A stretch of 63,778 nucleotides of DNA, filler included, from Octopus bimaculoides (GCF_001194135.2; 7 parts of 7 records of this genome joined end to end with filler, not necessarily neighbours in it); one strand, 5' to 3'; shown: positions 11,835 to 25,033, counted from the first letter of the whole stretch. Numbers and translations: made by a program. Notes: generated by a model from the letters alone, not told the origin.

Positions 11835-13229
11835 GTATATATATATATATATATATAGATATGTATATATATATATATACATGTGTATGTGTGTGCCTGT
11901 GTTTCTCTCTGTGCGTGTGTATGTTTGTGTGTGTGTGCGCGTGTGTTTCTCCATGTGTGTGTGTGTGTGTGTGTGTGTGTTTATGTGTGTGTGTGCGTTT
12001 GTGTGTGTGAGTGTGTGTATTACATATTGGTATATTTATGTGTGTACATAAAGTTTGAAAAGATATTCAGAACAGCAGCGTCAGCAGCAACAAAACAACT
12101 GCAGCAATAACATCAACAGAAATAGTGAAAGGGAAGGTTCCGTGTTTCATTAGAAGCAAAGTGGACCAACTTGCACCGATTCCAGTGTCTCCGGGAAACT
12201 GGGTATCATTCCTCGGTCACAGGAACCAAACTAATATGCATGGCGGACAAGATTANNNNNNNNNNNNNNNNNNNNNNNNNNNNNNNNNNNNNNNNNNNNN
12301 NNNNNNNNNNNNNNNNNNNNNNNNNNNNNNNNNNNNNNNNNNNNNNNNNNNNNNNNNNNNNNNNNNNNNNNNNNNNNNNNNNNNNNNNNNNNNNNNNNNN
12401 NNNNNNNNNNNNNNNNNNNNNNNNNNNNNNNNNNNNNNNNNNNNNNNNNNNNNNNNNNNNNNNNNNNNNNNNNNNNNNNNNNNNNNNNNNNNNNNNNNNN
12501 NNNNNNNNNNNNNNNNNNNNNNNNNNNNNNNNNNNNNNNNNNNNNNNNNNNNNNNNNNNNNNNNNNNNNNNNNNNNNNNNNNNNNNNNNNNNNNNNNNNN
12601 NNNNNNNNNNNNNNNNNNNNNNNNNNNNNNNNNNNNNNNNNNNNNNNNNNNNNNNNNNNNNNNNNNNNNNNNNNNNNNNNGTGGCGGTGGTGGTGGATAA
12701 TATTGGTATTAGTTGTGTAGGAGTGATGTTTATGGTATGTGGTGGTGGTGGTGGGGGGGGGGGATTTTGGTGTCAGTGGAGATGGTGTTTGTCGTAAGGA
12801 GTGGTGGTGATGCTGTTGGGGATGGTGTTAGTGTTAATGGTCGATGGCGATGCTGGTGACTTTTGGTAGCTGGTGGTGATGGCAGTAGGGATATTGCTGT
12901 TGTTGTTGAGGAACAAGACATGGTGATGTGATGCTTATATGAGTTATAAATGTTGGTGACTGTAAGGGGTGAATAATTCTACTGTTAGTGTTAGTAGAAG
13001 TAGTATGGAAAATGCAGGAAACAGCGAACATGAATTAAGAATTAGAGATAGAGATGCGAGGCAAGATAGAATTAAGAGAGTAATTAGAGACGAATGGTCT
13101 AAATGATTGGGAATGAGGAAGACGAAGGGTGGGAGGAGGAAATACAGAAAAGAATGGTAGAGTTAGATTCAGATTTGGGTGTTGTTTCTTTCAGCTTGAT
13201 CGTTCACCTACAAGATCCTTTGCTGGCTC

Positions 13230-13732
13230 CCATATAAATCTTTCTTTAAGATTATCAAAGATCGTCTTCGCAGAATTCAAACCGGTTATCGACAAAGATC
13301 TGGCTCTGTAATAGCATGGTTCTACCAACAGTTATCTATACCAATAAGACATGGAAGAGCACGGTAAAAATAAATAGAAGGTTAGATTTGTTCACCAACG
13401 ATACCCGAGAAGGATTTTAAGAACGTACTGGCAAGATTACGTAATCAATAAAGACATTCTTACGAAAGCCAATACAAAACTACTTCGTAAAATAATCTTA
13501 AAACAAAGACTAAACCTAGCAGGTTATATACTCCACCTACCAGAGCAACACCATTCTAAGACAACTTTCAAATGCAGAATATTCATAGCCGACATGAGAG
13601 AGGCCAATATCACTTGACTGGTTGTAGAGAAAATTGCACTCAACAGAAACTAGTGGCCTCAACGTATTGCCCAATGTGCTCGAAAGCATCTGATACTGAT
13701 GCTGGTATTACTACTACTACTACTACTACTAC

Positions 13733-13796
<64 letters not shown>

Positions 13797-13873
13797 AAGA
13801 AGAAGAAGAAGAAGAAGAAGAAGAAGAAGAAGAAGAAGAAGAAGAAGAAGAAGAAGAAGAAGAAGAAGAAGAA
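13230..13873 (+). mobile_element. RTE-clade LINE 3' fragment with a compound trinucleotide tail
   Basis: VLPTVIYTNKTWKSTVKINRRLDLF then, after a frameshift, HQRYPRRILRTYWQDYVINKDILTKAN..LAGYILHLP, matching the RTE RT C-terminus. Tail (TAC)n(AAT)n(AAG)n. Confidence 0.75.
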
Positions 13874-14489
13874 AGGGCTTAAGAATTGTATTTCATTGAT
13901 TTCTGTTCACAAAAAATGACCGAAGTTTATTAAAGTTGATATCCCATATTCGACAGTGAATTCATAAATTCGTAACGGCGGGATACAATCTATTAAATTG
14001 ACTTCAGTAAGGGACTGGAAGTTATATCAATTACGGTGCGATGTGAGCCACGAACAAACCGGTCGGAAACTAAATACTGAAACATAATACATACATACAT
14101 ACATACATACATACGCGAATGATCATCACTGGCATATTATTGTATCCTATATGTTAAAAGAATGGCAATCAGCAACGCCAGAGCTAAAATTTAAAGTCAT
14201 TAACAGCTTGCACAACACATTGTTAAAGCCAAGTAGTTCAGAAACAAGCAAGAGTAATATCTCTGGCTTCGCAATGTGGTGGATGTTATTTCGGAATTTC
14301 TTTCTCATGGAGAAATGTCTAAACAAAGACTAGGAGGCACTCGAGACCATCAGCTAATGGATCACAGTTGATTCTACTGTGTTGATCCCTCATTTGACAG
14401 ACAAACATGCATGCACGCGTACATACATGCATGCATGCATACATACATGCATACACACCTACACACACATACATGCACACGCACACTCG

Positions 14490-14530
<41 letters not shown>

Positions 14531-14534
14531 TCTT

Positions 14535-14580
14535 ATCCATTTCTGTCGAAATGCGTAGACTCGAAACGTCAAAGACTTCT
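14535..14580 (+). ncRNA. Degenerate minimal type I hammerhead ribozyme in a short repeat
   Basis: ccattt-CTGTCGA-aatgcgtagactc-GAAA-CG-TC-aaag: core with A6 changed to U, palindromic ACGT stem III, short ttt/aaa stem I, decayed stem II. Confidence 0.45.
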
Positions 14581-14664
14581 ACATTTTACCCGAGCGTCAA
14601 ACTAATAAACTTGATTGTTGTTCCTTCACCTGCTTCTGTCTTTTGTATTCTGTACATTTGAGCC

Positions 14665-14709
<45 letters not shown>

Positions 14710-14794
14710 CAGGTAGACAGACAAATCGACAGAGAGACGGGCGGACAGACGGGCGGACAGACAGACAGACAGACAGGCAGACAGACAGACAGAC

Positions 14795-14841
<47 letters not shown>

Positions 14842-15569
14842 GCCGTGGAACTAAACTCTGGTGGATGCTTAGTTATACCACAAACAGTTATAAGCTAATA
14901 AATTTATTGAACGTTTGTAACATAACTGTTGTCCTTTTGTGATTCTCTCAGCGATACACGCATAAAGACATATATAATACATGTATAGAGACAATATTTA
15001 GCCTTTGCTCACTCTCATCCTATACAAGAACACGCGCGCACATTCAGACACACATATATAGTTGTCGTAATAGTAGCGTTAGTAGTATTTTTAATGAATG
15101 ATATGTATTGTTATCACGACATCGACGTGTCTATGGTGGATAAGTTATTACTCAATAAATTCCAATGTAACCTTCAACAGATAGTCACAAAGCTTAAGAT
15201 ATTTACTAAGAAGAGAAAATAGGATATTAATAGAATCAGTTGTTGCTTTTGATTATTTGTTCTTTGTTTTTATGTTGTCCTAAATGTTTTCGCAGCCCTT
15301 TTGGTCAAGAAAGAAAGAATTATTATTATTATTGTTGTTGTTGTTGCTGCTGTTGTTGTTGAGTGAGAGAACAGCGCATGCCATCAAATTGATAATGAGG
15401 TGCAAATATACGAAGCCCAATATACCCTTGATGACAACCCGTCTGATAGGGCTACATCAGGCATATGCATCACAACTATATGTGAGCAGCATGGTGATTT
15501 CATATAAAAACAAACATTGTATGACCTTGCAGGGGAGGGGGTCCAATTAGAATTTTCTTCAGATTGAGT

Positions 15570-16260
15570 AGCTCATCACGCTCAATAGGTCCCTGAATAA
15601 AGTTTATTTAAGGATCTTGAATGCAACAGCCATGTTTACAGGGGAAATTATTCAAGCCCCAAAGAATCCCTCTCAACACATGACTATGATGTTCCCCTAC
15701 TACTCCTTCTCATGATCAGAAATGCACATATCGTCAGCCACCAAGGGTCATGCTCAACTGGTTAAGGTCAAACAACTGACAAGCAAATCTGTGGTATTGA
15801 GCAGAATATTTGCTGTAGCCCATCTTTTTATACCAAGACAAAACAATGTACATGATAACACTTCCAATCAGTTAATATCAGAAGCCATGAGAGTCACTGC
15901 CTGGTACTGCGTCAGGGCAAATTGTTACTGCACCAGGGCAAATTGTTACTGCACCAGGGCAAATTGTTACTGCACCAGGGCAAATCGGTGCTGCATCAGG
16001 ACAATGTACTGCAGCTACATACACTCTCCTTATAGTCCACATTCTTGCAATTTCGTCTTTGTGAGGAGGGTGCTTTTTGCTGTTTGGTCAGCCTGCAGGA
16101 TGAAATACAAGACCTGTTTAAGGGCGAGTGAACTCTGAGGAGTCAACAGAGCTCTGAATCTGGGTCGATGCCCAGTGCAGGACAGCTCACTTAAACTTCA
16201 AAGGGTCGAAGAGCCCTTTTGAATCGTTTCAGACAAACCCCACTAGAGACGGTGTCTCGA
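15570..16260 (-). mobile_element. Interspersed repeat, probably a LINE 3' end/UTR, containing a 21-bp minisatellite
   Basis: Higher-GC block with repeat-like character recognised from memory; no intact domain. Family assignment is uncertain. Confidence 0.35.
15913..16006. repeat. 21-bp minisatellite CAGGGCAAATTGTTACTGCAC, 3 perfect plus ~1.5 degenerate units
   Basis: Read directly from the sequence. Confidence 0.9.
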
Positions 16261-16439
16261 TAAAAATACTGGTAGTTGCGACACCTTATCAACAATTTTC
16301 TCTGCATGAGGGGAATGAATCATAGAATTAACACAAACAACCGCGTAAATGAGGACGGAACTACGGATGACGAACTTTCGTCCATAATTACAATAATTTC
16401 AATGTCACTATTAGCGAAAGCGAAACCGGTCGACAAACA

Positions 16440-16651
16440 CTATATGTGTGTATCTCTGTTTGACACTACGACCACTTGATAACCTGTGTTGTTTGTTTAT
16501 GTTCTTGTAATGCAGCGATTTTGCAAAAAGAGACCGATAAAATAAGTATCAGAGATAAAAAAGTAGTGGGATTGATTCATTCAGCTAAAAATTCTTCAAT
16601 GTTGTGCTCCAGCCTGGCAGTAGTCTAATGACTGAAACAGATAAGAGATAA

Positions 16652-16655
<4 letters not shown>
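16440..16655 (+). mobile_element. SINE family A, 3' half, decayed
   Basis: gagaccgataaaataagta..ctccagc..gactgaaaca tail shared with full copies. Confidence 0.65.
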
Positions 16656-16708
<53 letters not shown>

Positions 16709-17100
16709 AACACACACTCGTCTATAAATATAATCATGCAATAGCTTCGACGTTCCCCTCTTCACTGTTATCACTCATCGTCCCTGTTCAACTGTTTTCT
16801 GTTCCTATTAATGTCTTCAAGGAATTTTACATGCTTTCTTCCATTACTTTCCCGCTCTCTTTCACTCGTTCTGCCTATTCACCGTTTCTCTTCCATTTTA
16901 TGTTTAAGACTCTCTGTTTCTCTGTGTCTCCCTCAATCACTTATTCCCGTCTACTTCTTTATATTTCTTTCTTTTCTTCTTACTTGCCTTCTCTCTCTAT
17001 TTTTCGTTATCTCTCACTCACTCTTAGTCTGTTTTCGTCTCATTTTCTGTCCGCCTCTCTCTCTTTCGCTATATATATATAGAGAGAGAGATAGATAGAT

Positions 17101-17222
17101 ATACGACGGGCTTCTTTCAGTTCCCGTCTACCAAATCCACTGACAAGGCTTTGGTCGACCCGACGCTATAGTAGATGACACTTGCCCAAAGTGCCACGCA
17201 GTGCGACTGAACCCGGAACCAT
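17101..17222 (-). mobile_element. SINE family A, 5' part
   Basis: acgggcttctttcagt..gacacttgcccaa..gactgaacccggaacc. Confidence 0.8.
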
Positions 17223-17406
17223 CTCTCTCTCTCTCTCTCTCTNNNNNNNNNNNNNNNNNNNNNNNNNNNNNNNNNNNNNNNNNNNNNNNNNNNNNNNNNN
17301 NNNNNNNNNNNNNNNNNNNNNNNNNNNNNNNNNNNNNNNNNNNNNNNNNNNNNNNNNNNNNNNNNNNNNNNNNNNNNNNNNNNNNNNNNNNNNNNNNNNN
17401 NNNNNN

Positions 17407-17439
<33 letters not shown>

Positions 17440-17870
17440 CATATATATATGCCTATATATAGATTTGTAGACATACACACACATAACACACACACACATA
17501 ATGCAAAGTTGCTTCTTAAACATGCAATAAAATTAGAACTTCTGCTGAACTTGATGAGAAGAAAGCGAACCAAAACAGTAATTTGTGAAAGAATGGAAGC
17601 ACTAGAATAGAAGCTGTCACATGGACAGCTCCACAGTGACACCAAGAATGTGAAAAATTAACAGTTAGGAGAGTGGCTCCAAAGTGAATATTTAATGAGA
17701 GAAAGAAGCTAAATGTTCATCTATTTCATCACTTAAACTAACAAGTGTAGCCCATGTAATAAGCGACAGTATTGAAGCAGGCTTCAAAGTGGTTAGCTCC
17801 GAAAGAATACCAGGGACAACAGTTTTGTCGTTGTATACACTGGCAACTTTGTAGAAAAAATATACAAACA

Positions 17871-18270
17871 ATCATGGCTGTGTAGTTAAGAAGTTTGCTT
17901 CCCAACCTCATGATTCAAGGCTAAGCCTCACTGCATGGCACTTTGGTCAAGTGTCACCTACTATAACCTCGGGCCAACCAAAGCCTTGTGAGAGGATGTG
18001 GTAGAAGAAAACTGCAAGAAGACTGTCGTATATCCATGTGTGTATGTCTTTATGCCTGTGTTTATCCCCCTCGCCCCTGTTTGGCAACTGGTGTTGGTTT
18101 ATTTACGTCCATGTAACGTAGCTGTTCGGAATTAAGAGACCTGTAGAATAAGTACCAGGCATAATAAATATATAAACTGGGATCGATTCATTCGACTAAA
18201 AGTTCTTCAAGGCGGTGTCCCAGCATGGCCGCAGTCTAATGACTGAAACTGATACCAAATAAAAGATAAA
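17871..18270 (+). mobile_element. SINE family A, near full length (tRNA-like head, CORE-like segment)
   Basis: ggctgtgtagttaagaag head, ttggtcaagtgtc CORE-like segment, ccagcatggccgcagtc tail. Confidence 0.8.
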
Positions 18271-19143
18271 CAACACCCCAGACATATGGTACAATACTCC
18301 AGTAAAAAGATAGATGGCAATGAACATATTACACCAAAGATGCAAGGCATCAGGTTTTGGCCGACACACAGCAGTACAGCACCTTTTTCCAGGTAGCTGC
18401 TGCCCAAACCTCGGTTGAGATAGCAACTTGGGCTCTCCTTTCATTCACTTTGACACGTTGTGCCGCCTGTGTCAGGCGTGCAACCTTGTTATTTAGGGAA
18501 AGCGAGAAATATTTTTCATAGATTTCGCTTCATACCTAAAAAAGATTATCTGCGCGTGGAGTTGCCTCAACAGCTTACTTTTTCGTCGTTGTTGTTGCTG
18601 TTATTTTCATATTTGTTTATTTTGCGTTTAATGTTAGCGATAGTTGTCCAGCTAGTAACGTTTGAGTGCAGGTCAAAGGAACTGCAGCTATTCAGTGTTT
18701 TAGTCAGAGGAATAATATCCCCTCCCATTGCTTCATACAGTATAGTGGGCGTGTGTTCTGGTGTAGCTATGATTTTAAACACTAAAATTCACGATATAGT
18801 AACATCTTTGTTCTATTAGAGGCGCCCATTAACTACTTTAAATATTGTCCCCATCTTCACACAGAGAAGTAGGGGTCGTTATTTAACGAAAATTCCAACG
18901 ACCAAAAAATAAAACGAAACAAAATATTTCTAAAAACAACTGACTTTTACGAGCTGAAGCGAAGCGCGCCCAACACAGAAGAAGAACAAAAACAACAAAT
19001 CGTTTTCTATTCGCATCACAGCCAGTGAAGGAAAGACGATACAAAGAGATGTAAAAACAATAAAAATGGAACACCAAATGCAAGAGCATCACTGCGATGA
19101 TGGTAACAGGAATGGTGGCTGTCACCGCTGTCACTAACCACAG

Positions 19144-19196
<53 letters not shown>

Positions 19197-19274
19197 ACAA
19201 CAACAACAACAACAACAACAACATTGATAAAAATATTTTTTAAGAGACAACAACGATAATCATTGTTCTTTGCA

Positions 19275-19700
19275 ATTCTGGCACAAGGCCAGCAATTTTG
19301 ACGGAAGGGGTAAGTTGATTATATCGAGTTCAGTACTTGACTGGTACTTATTTTGTTAACCTCGATAAGATGAAAGCCGTAATCGATCTCAGAGGAATTT
19401 GAAATGCAAAGAGCCGGAAGAAAACTTCTGAGCATTTTGTCCAAGGTGCTACCGATTCTGCCAGCTCGCTGACTTAACGATAATAATCATTTTTTCTTGT
19501 AGACACAAGGCCTGAAATTTTGTGGGGAGGGAGATAATCGATTATATCGACCTCAGTGCTTGACTGATACTTATTTTATCGACCATGGAAGGATAAACGG
19601 TAAAGTCGACCTCAACGGAAGTCAAAACGTAAAGACAGACGAAATGGCATTGAGCATTTTGTCCGATGCGAGAACGATTTTACCAACTCGCCGTCTTAAA
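19275..19700 (-). mobile_element. Tandem pair of SINE family B copies
   Basis: Two consecutive ~200-bp copies, each ending in cacaaggcc..aattttg. Confidence 0.75.
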
Positions 19701-19995
19701 TTCAGTCTATACTAAAATCTAAAATTAGCATACAGCTTCAACCAAGGCAACATTGCCTCCGTAATACTATTACCACTTCTACAACAGATAATAAGAAAAT
19801 GAGAATGTTATTACTGGTGAGGATAATGATGATGAAGAGAGATAACCGCAGTCGCAAACATTTGTTCGTTACTACATCGATATATTTTATAAGATATATA
19901 TAAAAAAGCATATTCACTAGAAAGTATGTGTGGATGAAGATAACGGACCGAAAATTTCTATACGTGTGTGTATGTGAGTGCGTGAATGTGCGTGT

Positions 19996-20045
<50 letters not shown>

Positions 20046-20261
20046 GTGTGTGTGTGTGCATATATACATACATACATACATACACATATTCATATGTATG
20101 CATAAAACAAGTGCAGTGGAGAGAGATGAATGACTGAATGAATGAATGAAAGAAGAGAGACTTATAACGGGAGAGTGGAAGAGAAAGATAGAAACAGATA
20201 TATAGGAGACAAGAAGATACAAAAGAGAGATAAAGAATGAATGTATGAGAGACAGAGAGAC

Positions 20262-20366
<105 letters not shown>

Positions 20367-20902
20367 GCAGAGTGAACAAGAAAAAGGACTCGTATCTTTC
20401 CGTTGACTTCCGGAGGTGTCGTCACAAAAGCTACTCTCCCAAACGATACATCATTTAAGCAAATCGGAAGCTGCCACGTCGATCCGGTTGACACGACACT
20501 CATCAATTAGTTCGTCAATTGGCTGGTTTAGTCAGGGCAAATGAATTAATGGACTATTTATTGCTGTCTTCAGCAAATAAGTCAATTTAAGATCTATGCT
20601 GATGACAAGACGTCTTTATCTATGCATTCACCAAGAAAAACAGCCGCAACAGGACATCCGCTGGCGGCAAAAATATCTACGCCATCTCCAACACCACACT
20701 TGCCTCTGCATATAGCGTTACTTCCTCACCACTACCACCACCACCATCATCGCATCACTGCCTGCTATAGACAGACATATTCCTTTCCAAAGCACCTTCA
20801 TATTTCTTGTCTTCTGACTTCTCCATCTTCTCACCACCTACCTCCACTCCATCTTCTTTTCCTATTCTTTCGCGTCTTCTTTCTTATTCATTTTCTTTTC
20901 AC

Positions 20903-20966
<64 letters not shown>

Positions 20967-21498
20967 ATTTTTCCTCCCCTCTTCCTCTTATCTTCCGACC
21001 TATTGTTTTCTTTTTCATCCTCATTACACAAACCTTCTCCCTCCTTCTCCTCTCCTCCTCTTCATCATCATCATCATCATCATAAGCAACATTATTCAAT
21101 TTTCTGCACGCCCCTTTCAATCACTCTAACTTACATTCTTCTTCCCCACCACACTCCCATTCATATTCATTCTCTTTACTCATTATATCTTTGTCTCTCT
21201 GTCTCCTTCCCTTTCTTTTTCTCCGTCTCTCTGTCTCTCTCTCTCTCTATCTCTCTGTCTCTCTCTCTCTATCTCTCTCTCTCTCTTTCCAGACACTAAC
21301 ATAGCAACCCGTATCTCACAAATAACTGTCTAATCGTTTCTTAGCATGAAGAGTATGTTGCAGTTTAGAATTCCATCATAGACACATAGATCGAATGTTA
21401 CGCAGCAAATTCACCTCATGCTTTTATTTTTGCTATTCTCCCCCCACCTGCAATCGTAAAACACAACCACGCACACAGGCGCGCGCACACACACACAT

Positions 21499-21529
<31 letters not shown>

Positions 21530-21780
21530 TGCACATATGTATTCAAACTAATGAGTACTCAGTTGGGCATTCAGGCACATATGTTCCACTACAAATTTAT
21601 GTGTGTGAGTGTACGTGTGTATATGGGCATGTGTTTGTGTGTGTGTGTGTGTGTGGGGGTTATGCGTGTATATGTATGGAACCTATATACATACACATAT
21701 AAACTCACATATACGTATACACATATACGCACACACACGCACATACATACATACATACATACATACATGCATGCATGCAT

Positions 21781-21995
21781 AGGGCGGCGGGCGGGCAAAT
21801 TCGTTGCTCGCCGGGCAAAATGTTTAGCGACATTTCGTCCGTATTTACGTTCTGAGTTCAAATTCCGCTGAGGTTGATTTTGCCTTTAATTCTTATGGGG
21901 TCAATAAAATAAGTACCTGTTGAGCACTGGGGTTGATGTAATCAATTTACCTACTCCCCGAAATTTCTGACCTTAAGTCAAAATTTGAAATTGCT
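21781..21995 (+). mobile_element. SINE family B
   Basis: ggcggcgggcgggcaaattcgtt..ttctgagttcaaattcc..ttgattttgcctttaattctt..gtcaataaaataagtacc. The central segment resembles the conserved Meta/MESC-type SINE domain (from memory, unverified). Confidence 0.8.
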
Positions 21996-22345
21996 TTATA
22001 TATATATTTGAAATTATTATATATATATATATTTGAAATCAGCGTATGTGTTCAACGGATTTCTTATAAGCTGACACAGTAAGTTGAGTTTAACCCTTGA
22101 CGTGGTAAGAGCAACCGATGAGAATTAAAATGTTCTGCACCAAAATTCAAAATTACTGGTGATCTGGCTATGTTCGCTAGGGAGCTGGTCTCCTCTGACA
22201 GTCATTAAGATGGTGCTTCTGTGGCTATTGAGTTGTTTTGACTCTTATTTCTAGTAATCCTGGTACCACTTAGTACACCCTGTCACATTAGTGACGTCTG
22301 TAAACTTGCCTTTAGGTTGTTAAATTGCTAATAAGCCACCCATAT

Positions 22346-22460
<115 letters not shown>

Positions 22461-22486
22461 ATCTATCTATATAGATATATATACTT

Positions 22487-22736
22487 GCAGGAGTGGCTCT
22501 GTGGATTNNNNNNNNNNNNNNNNNNNNNNNNNNNNNNNNNNNNNNNNNNNNNNNNNNNNNNNNNNNNNNNNNNNNNNNNNNNNNNNNNNNNNNNNNNNNN
22601 NNNNNNNNNNNNNNNNNNNNNNNNNTCCCCTCGACATCGCTTGACAACAGATGTTGGTGTACTTACGTTCCCGTAACTTAGCGGTTCGGCAAAAGACCCG
22701 ATAGAATAAGTCCTGGGGTTGATTTGTTCGACTAAA
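22487..22736 (+). mobile_element. SINE family A interrupted by a gap
   Basis: gcaggagtggctctgtgg head; ttagcggttcggcaaaag..ggggttgatttgttcgac body. Confidence 0.75.
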
Positions 22737-22779
22737 GAAGTATTACCAAGAAGTATTACTACTGTTCATGAGGATTACA

Positions 22780-24050
22780 GACCCCCTAATGTGGGCCTCA
22801 ACTCCTAAATTTTAGTCACTTTTTATGATCCAAAACAAGGTCAAAAGTGCTGAATGGATCTTTATGAAATTTGCAAATTATATTCTATACATAAGGGCGG
22901 ATGTAGTGTAATATATATTTGAAAGTGAGGGTCATAAATGAGGCCATAACCCCCATGAAAATTCATATATTTTTGCTGTTGATGAAATTTTAACCATAAA
23001 TATTAGACACAAATGAAGTAATATTCCTAAAATTTCAACTTCTTACGAGGTAAGTAAGAACCCTTAACAGGGGCTTAACTCCCACAATTCAGTAATTTTT
23101 CCTAAGCCAAGAAGAATACAACTGTAGAGTCACCCGAGTATACAAGATGAGAGTTATTTGTAGTTCAATGGTACAACAGTGTAAGAGTTTGCTTTGAGAT
23201 ATACTTAGATTGTGATTTCTGCAATGTGGTGCATAAAATGTCAAGTAAAGGAGAGGCATCTTTGTCGCCACTGATTTAGTTGGAAAGTGTTATTTTGAGT
23301 AAAGTTATTTGGTTGCAGACCTCCTGGGACAGAGATAATCTCCAGAGGGCAACACTGATTTCAAGGCCTTTCCAGATAAGTGATTGGTCATTCAAAGAGA
23401 TTTATAGACTGCAAATTTATTCTGTTCAGTTACTTATCGGCATAGTGATCATTGGCAAACTCCAGATGTGACACTTTCATTTCCTTTTAGCCCTCATGTC
23501 ACAGTTGTTGATGTTCATTTGAGTTGGGTCACGCACTTCCAATTGCTATAGATCCGTAATGCATCTTACGGCTGTGCCGGTCACCTGTATGGTGAGAAAT
23601 CCTACACAATCACTCCTGATAGACAATGCTTATAAACAAGCTTGCCATACCTTTCTGTTTTTTTTTCTTTTATTTGTTTCAGTCATTTGAACCATGGATG
23701 TTAGAAATAAATTCTAAAATATATCCAAAATTTCCATTTCTTTGGATGATTCTAAGATCCCCTAATGGGACCTTAACCCCCAAATTTTAGTCATTTTTCA
23801 TGGACCAAAATTACTGAACGGATCCTTATGATTTTGGAACTTAAATTCAATGCATATGGGGGGGGGGTATAAGGCAGTATGGTTGGTTTGAATTTGAGGG
23901 GGACTTAAAGGGGACAGAACACTTGGTAATACTTCTTGACTTGTATCAATTACCTACGGTTGAAATTTCATCAACTTCGGATATTTATGAATTTTCATGG
24001 GGTGTTCTGTCCCCTTTAAGTCCCCCTCAAATTCAAACCAACCATACTGC
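22780..24050. mobile_element. DNA-transposon-like (possibly Helitron/Helentron) remnant with diverged internal repeats
   Basis: ~22780-22930 and ~23755-23905 are diverged direct repeats (cccctaat..aaattttagtca..ctgaa(t/c)ggatc). Superfamily call is a guess. Confidence 0.35.
23100..23600 (-). mobile_element. Decayed LINE RT fragment (RTE-like)
   Basis: The minus strand reads MKVSHLEFAND, resembling the RT [Y/F]ADD motif; many stops. Confidence 0.3.
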
Positions 24051-24150
24051 NNNNNNNNNNNNNNNNNNNNNNNNNNNNNNNNNNNNNNNNNNNNTTAATT
24101 AATTAANNNNNNNNNNNNNNNNNNNNNNNNNNNNNNNNNNNNNNNNNNNN
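24051..24150. other. Artificial 100-bp scaffold spacer
   Basis: Same 44N-12-44N layout. Confidence 0.95.
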
Positions 24151-24197
<47 letters not shown>

Positions 24198-24898
24198 GTG
24201 TGTTTGCTTGTGGTTATAAAATTAACTACACTGAAATTAATTTTTGAAATCTGAAACTAAGTGGTTAATATTTATGCATTATTTGTCTAAAATTAATAAA
24301 TACATTCAACAGCATTAAAATTCCATTAAACGTAAATAATTTGAGTAGAATAAAATGTCATTATTCACCTTATGTGTGTCCTTTGTATATTATGGAATTT
24401 ATTAAAGTAATTATTTATGTTTGAAAATTATGCATTTTCTAACAATCATTAAGACTCACTAGAAATTATTCTTATTAAATATCACCATTAATATTTCGAT
24501 TAGCTTAAAATGGCTATATTACGTAAATGACACTACACATATCTCCAAATCAACTAACTGAAACTTGTATATCATACAAACATATACGTACATATATATG
24601 CATATATAAATATATTTATATAAGTGTGTATTATGTATGTATGTATGTATGTATGAATGTATGTACACACACAGTTTTCAGTACAAGTCTCATTCTTCTA
24701 TAGTACTCCTTTCTTAATGTTTCCTTCATAGTAGCGTGATCTATACATCTTCGTTTATTCAGTTTATTTATAATTTCCTGATGGGTAAAGTTCTTTGATG
24801 GTAGTGCTGATATCTAATTTAAGGGAAGCTGTTTATTTGAGCTTGCCTCTTGCAAAAGTTGCTCTAGCACTCTTATCGACGCCAATACTTATGTAATT

Positions 24899-24930
<32 letters not shown>

Positions 24931-24986
24931 ATACATACACATATGTATATATATCTATATATATATATGTATATATACATATATAC

Positions 24987-25022
<36 letters not shown>

Positions 25023-25033
25023 NNNNNNNNNNG

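Noticed and set aside
12680-13060. G-rich low-complexity stretch as a coding Gly/Val/Pro-rich exon
   Set aside because: It is a degenerate GGT/GAT/GTT trinucleotide array without splice signals or a consistent frame.
15296-15362. Strong-looking acceptor (ttttcgcAG) at 15295
   Set aside because: It is followed by an (ATT)/(GTT) microsatellite and no convincing donor.
15913-16006. Regularly spaced repeat as a possible CRISPR array
   Set aside because: The units are directly adjacent with no unique spacers, there are no cas genes, and the context is eukaryotic.
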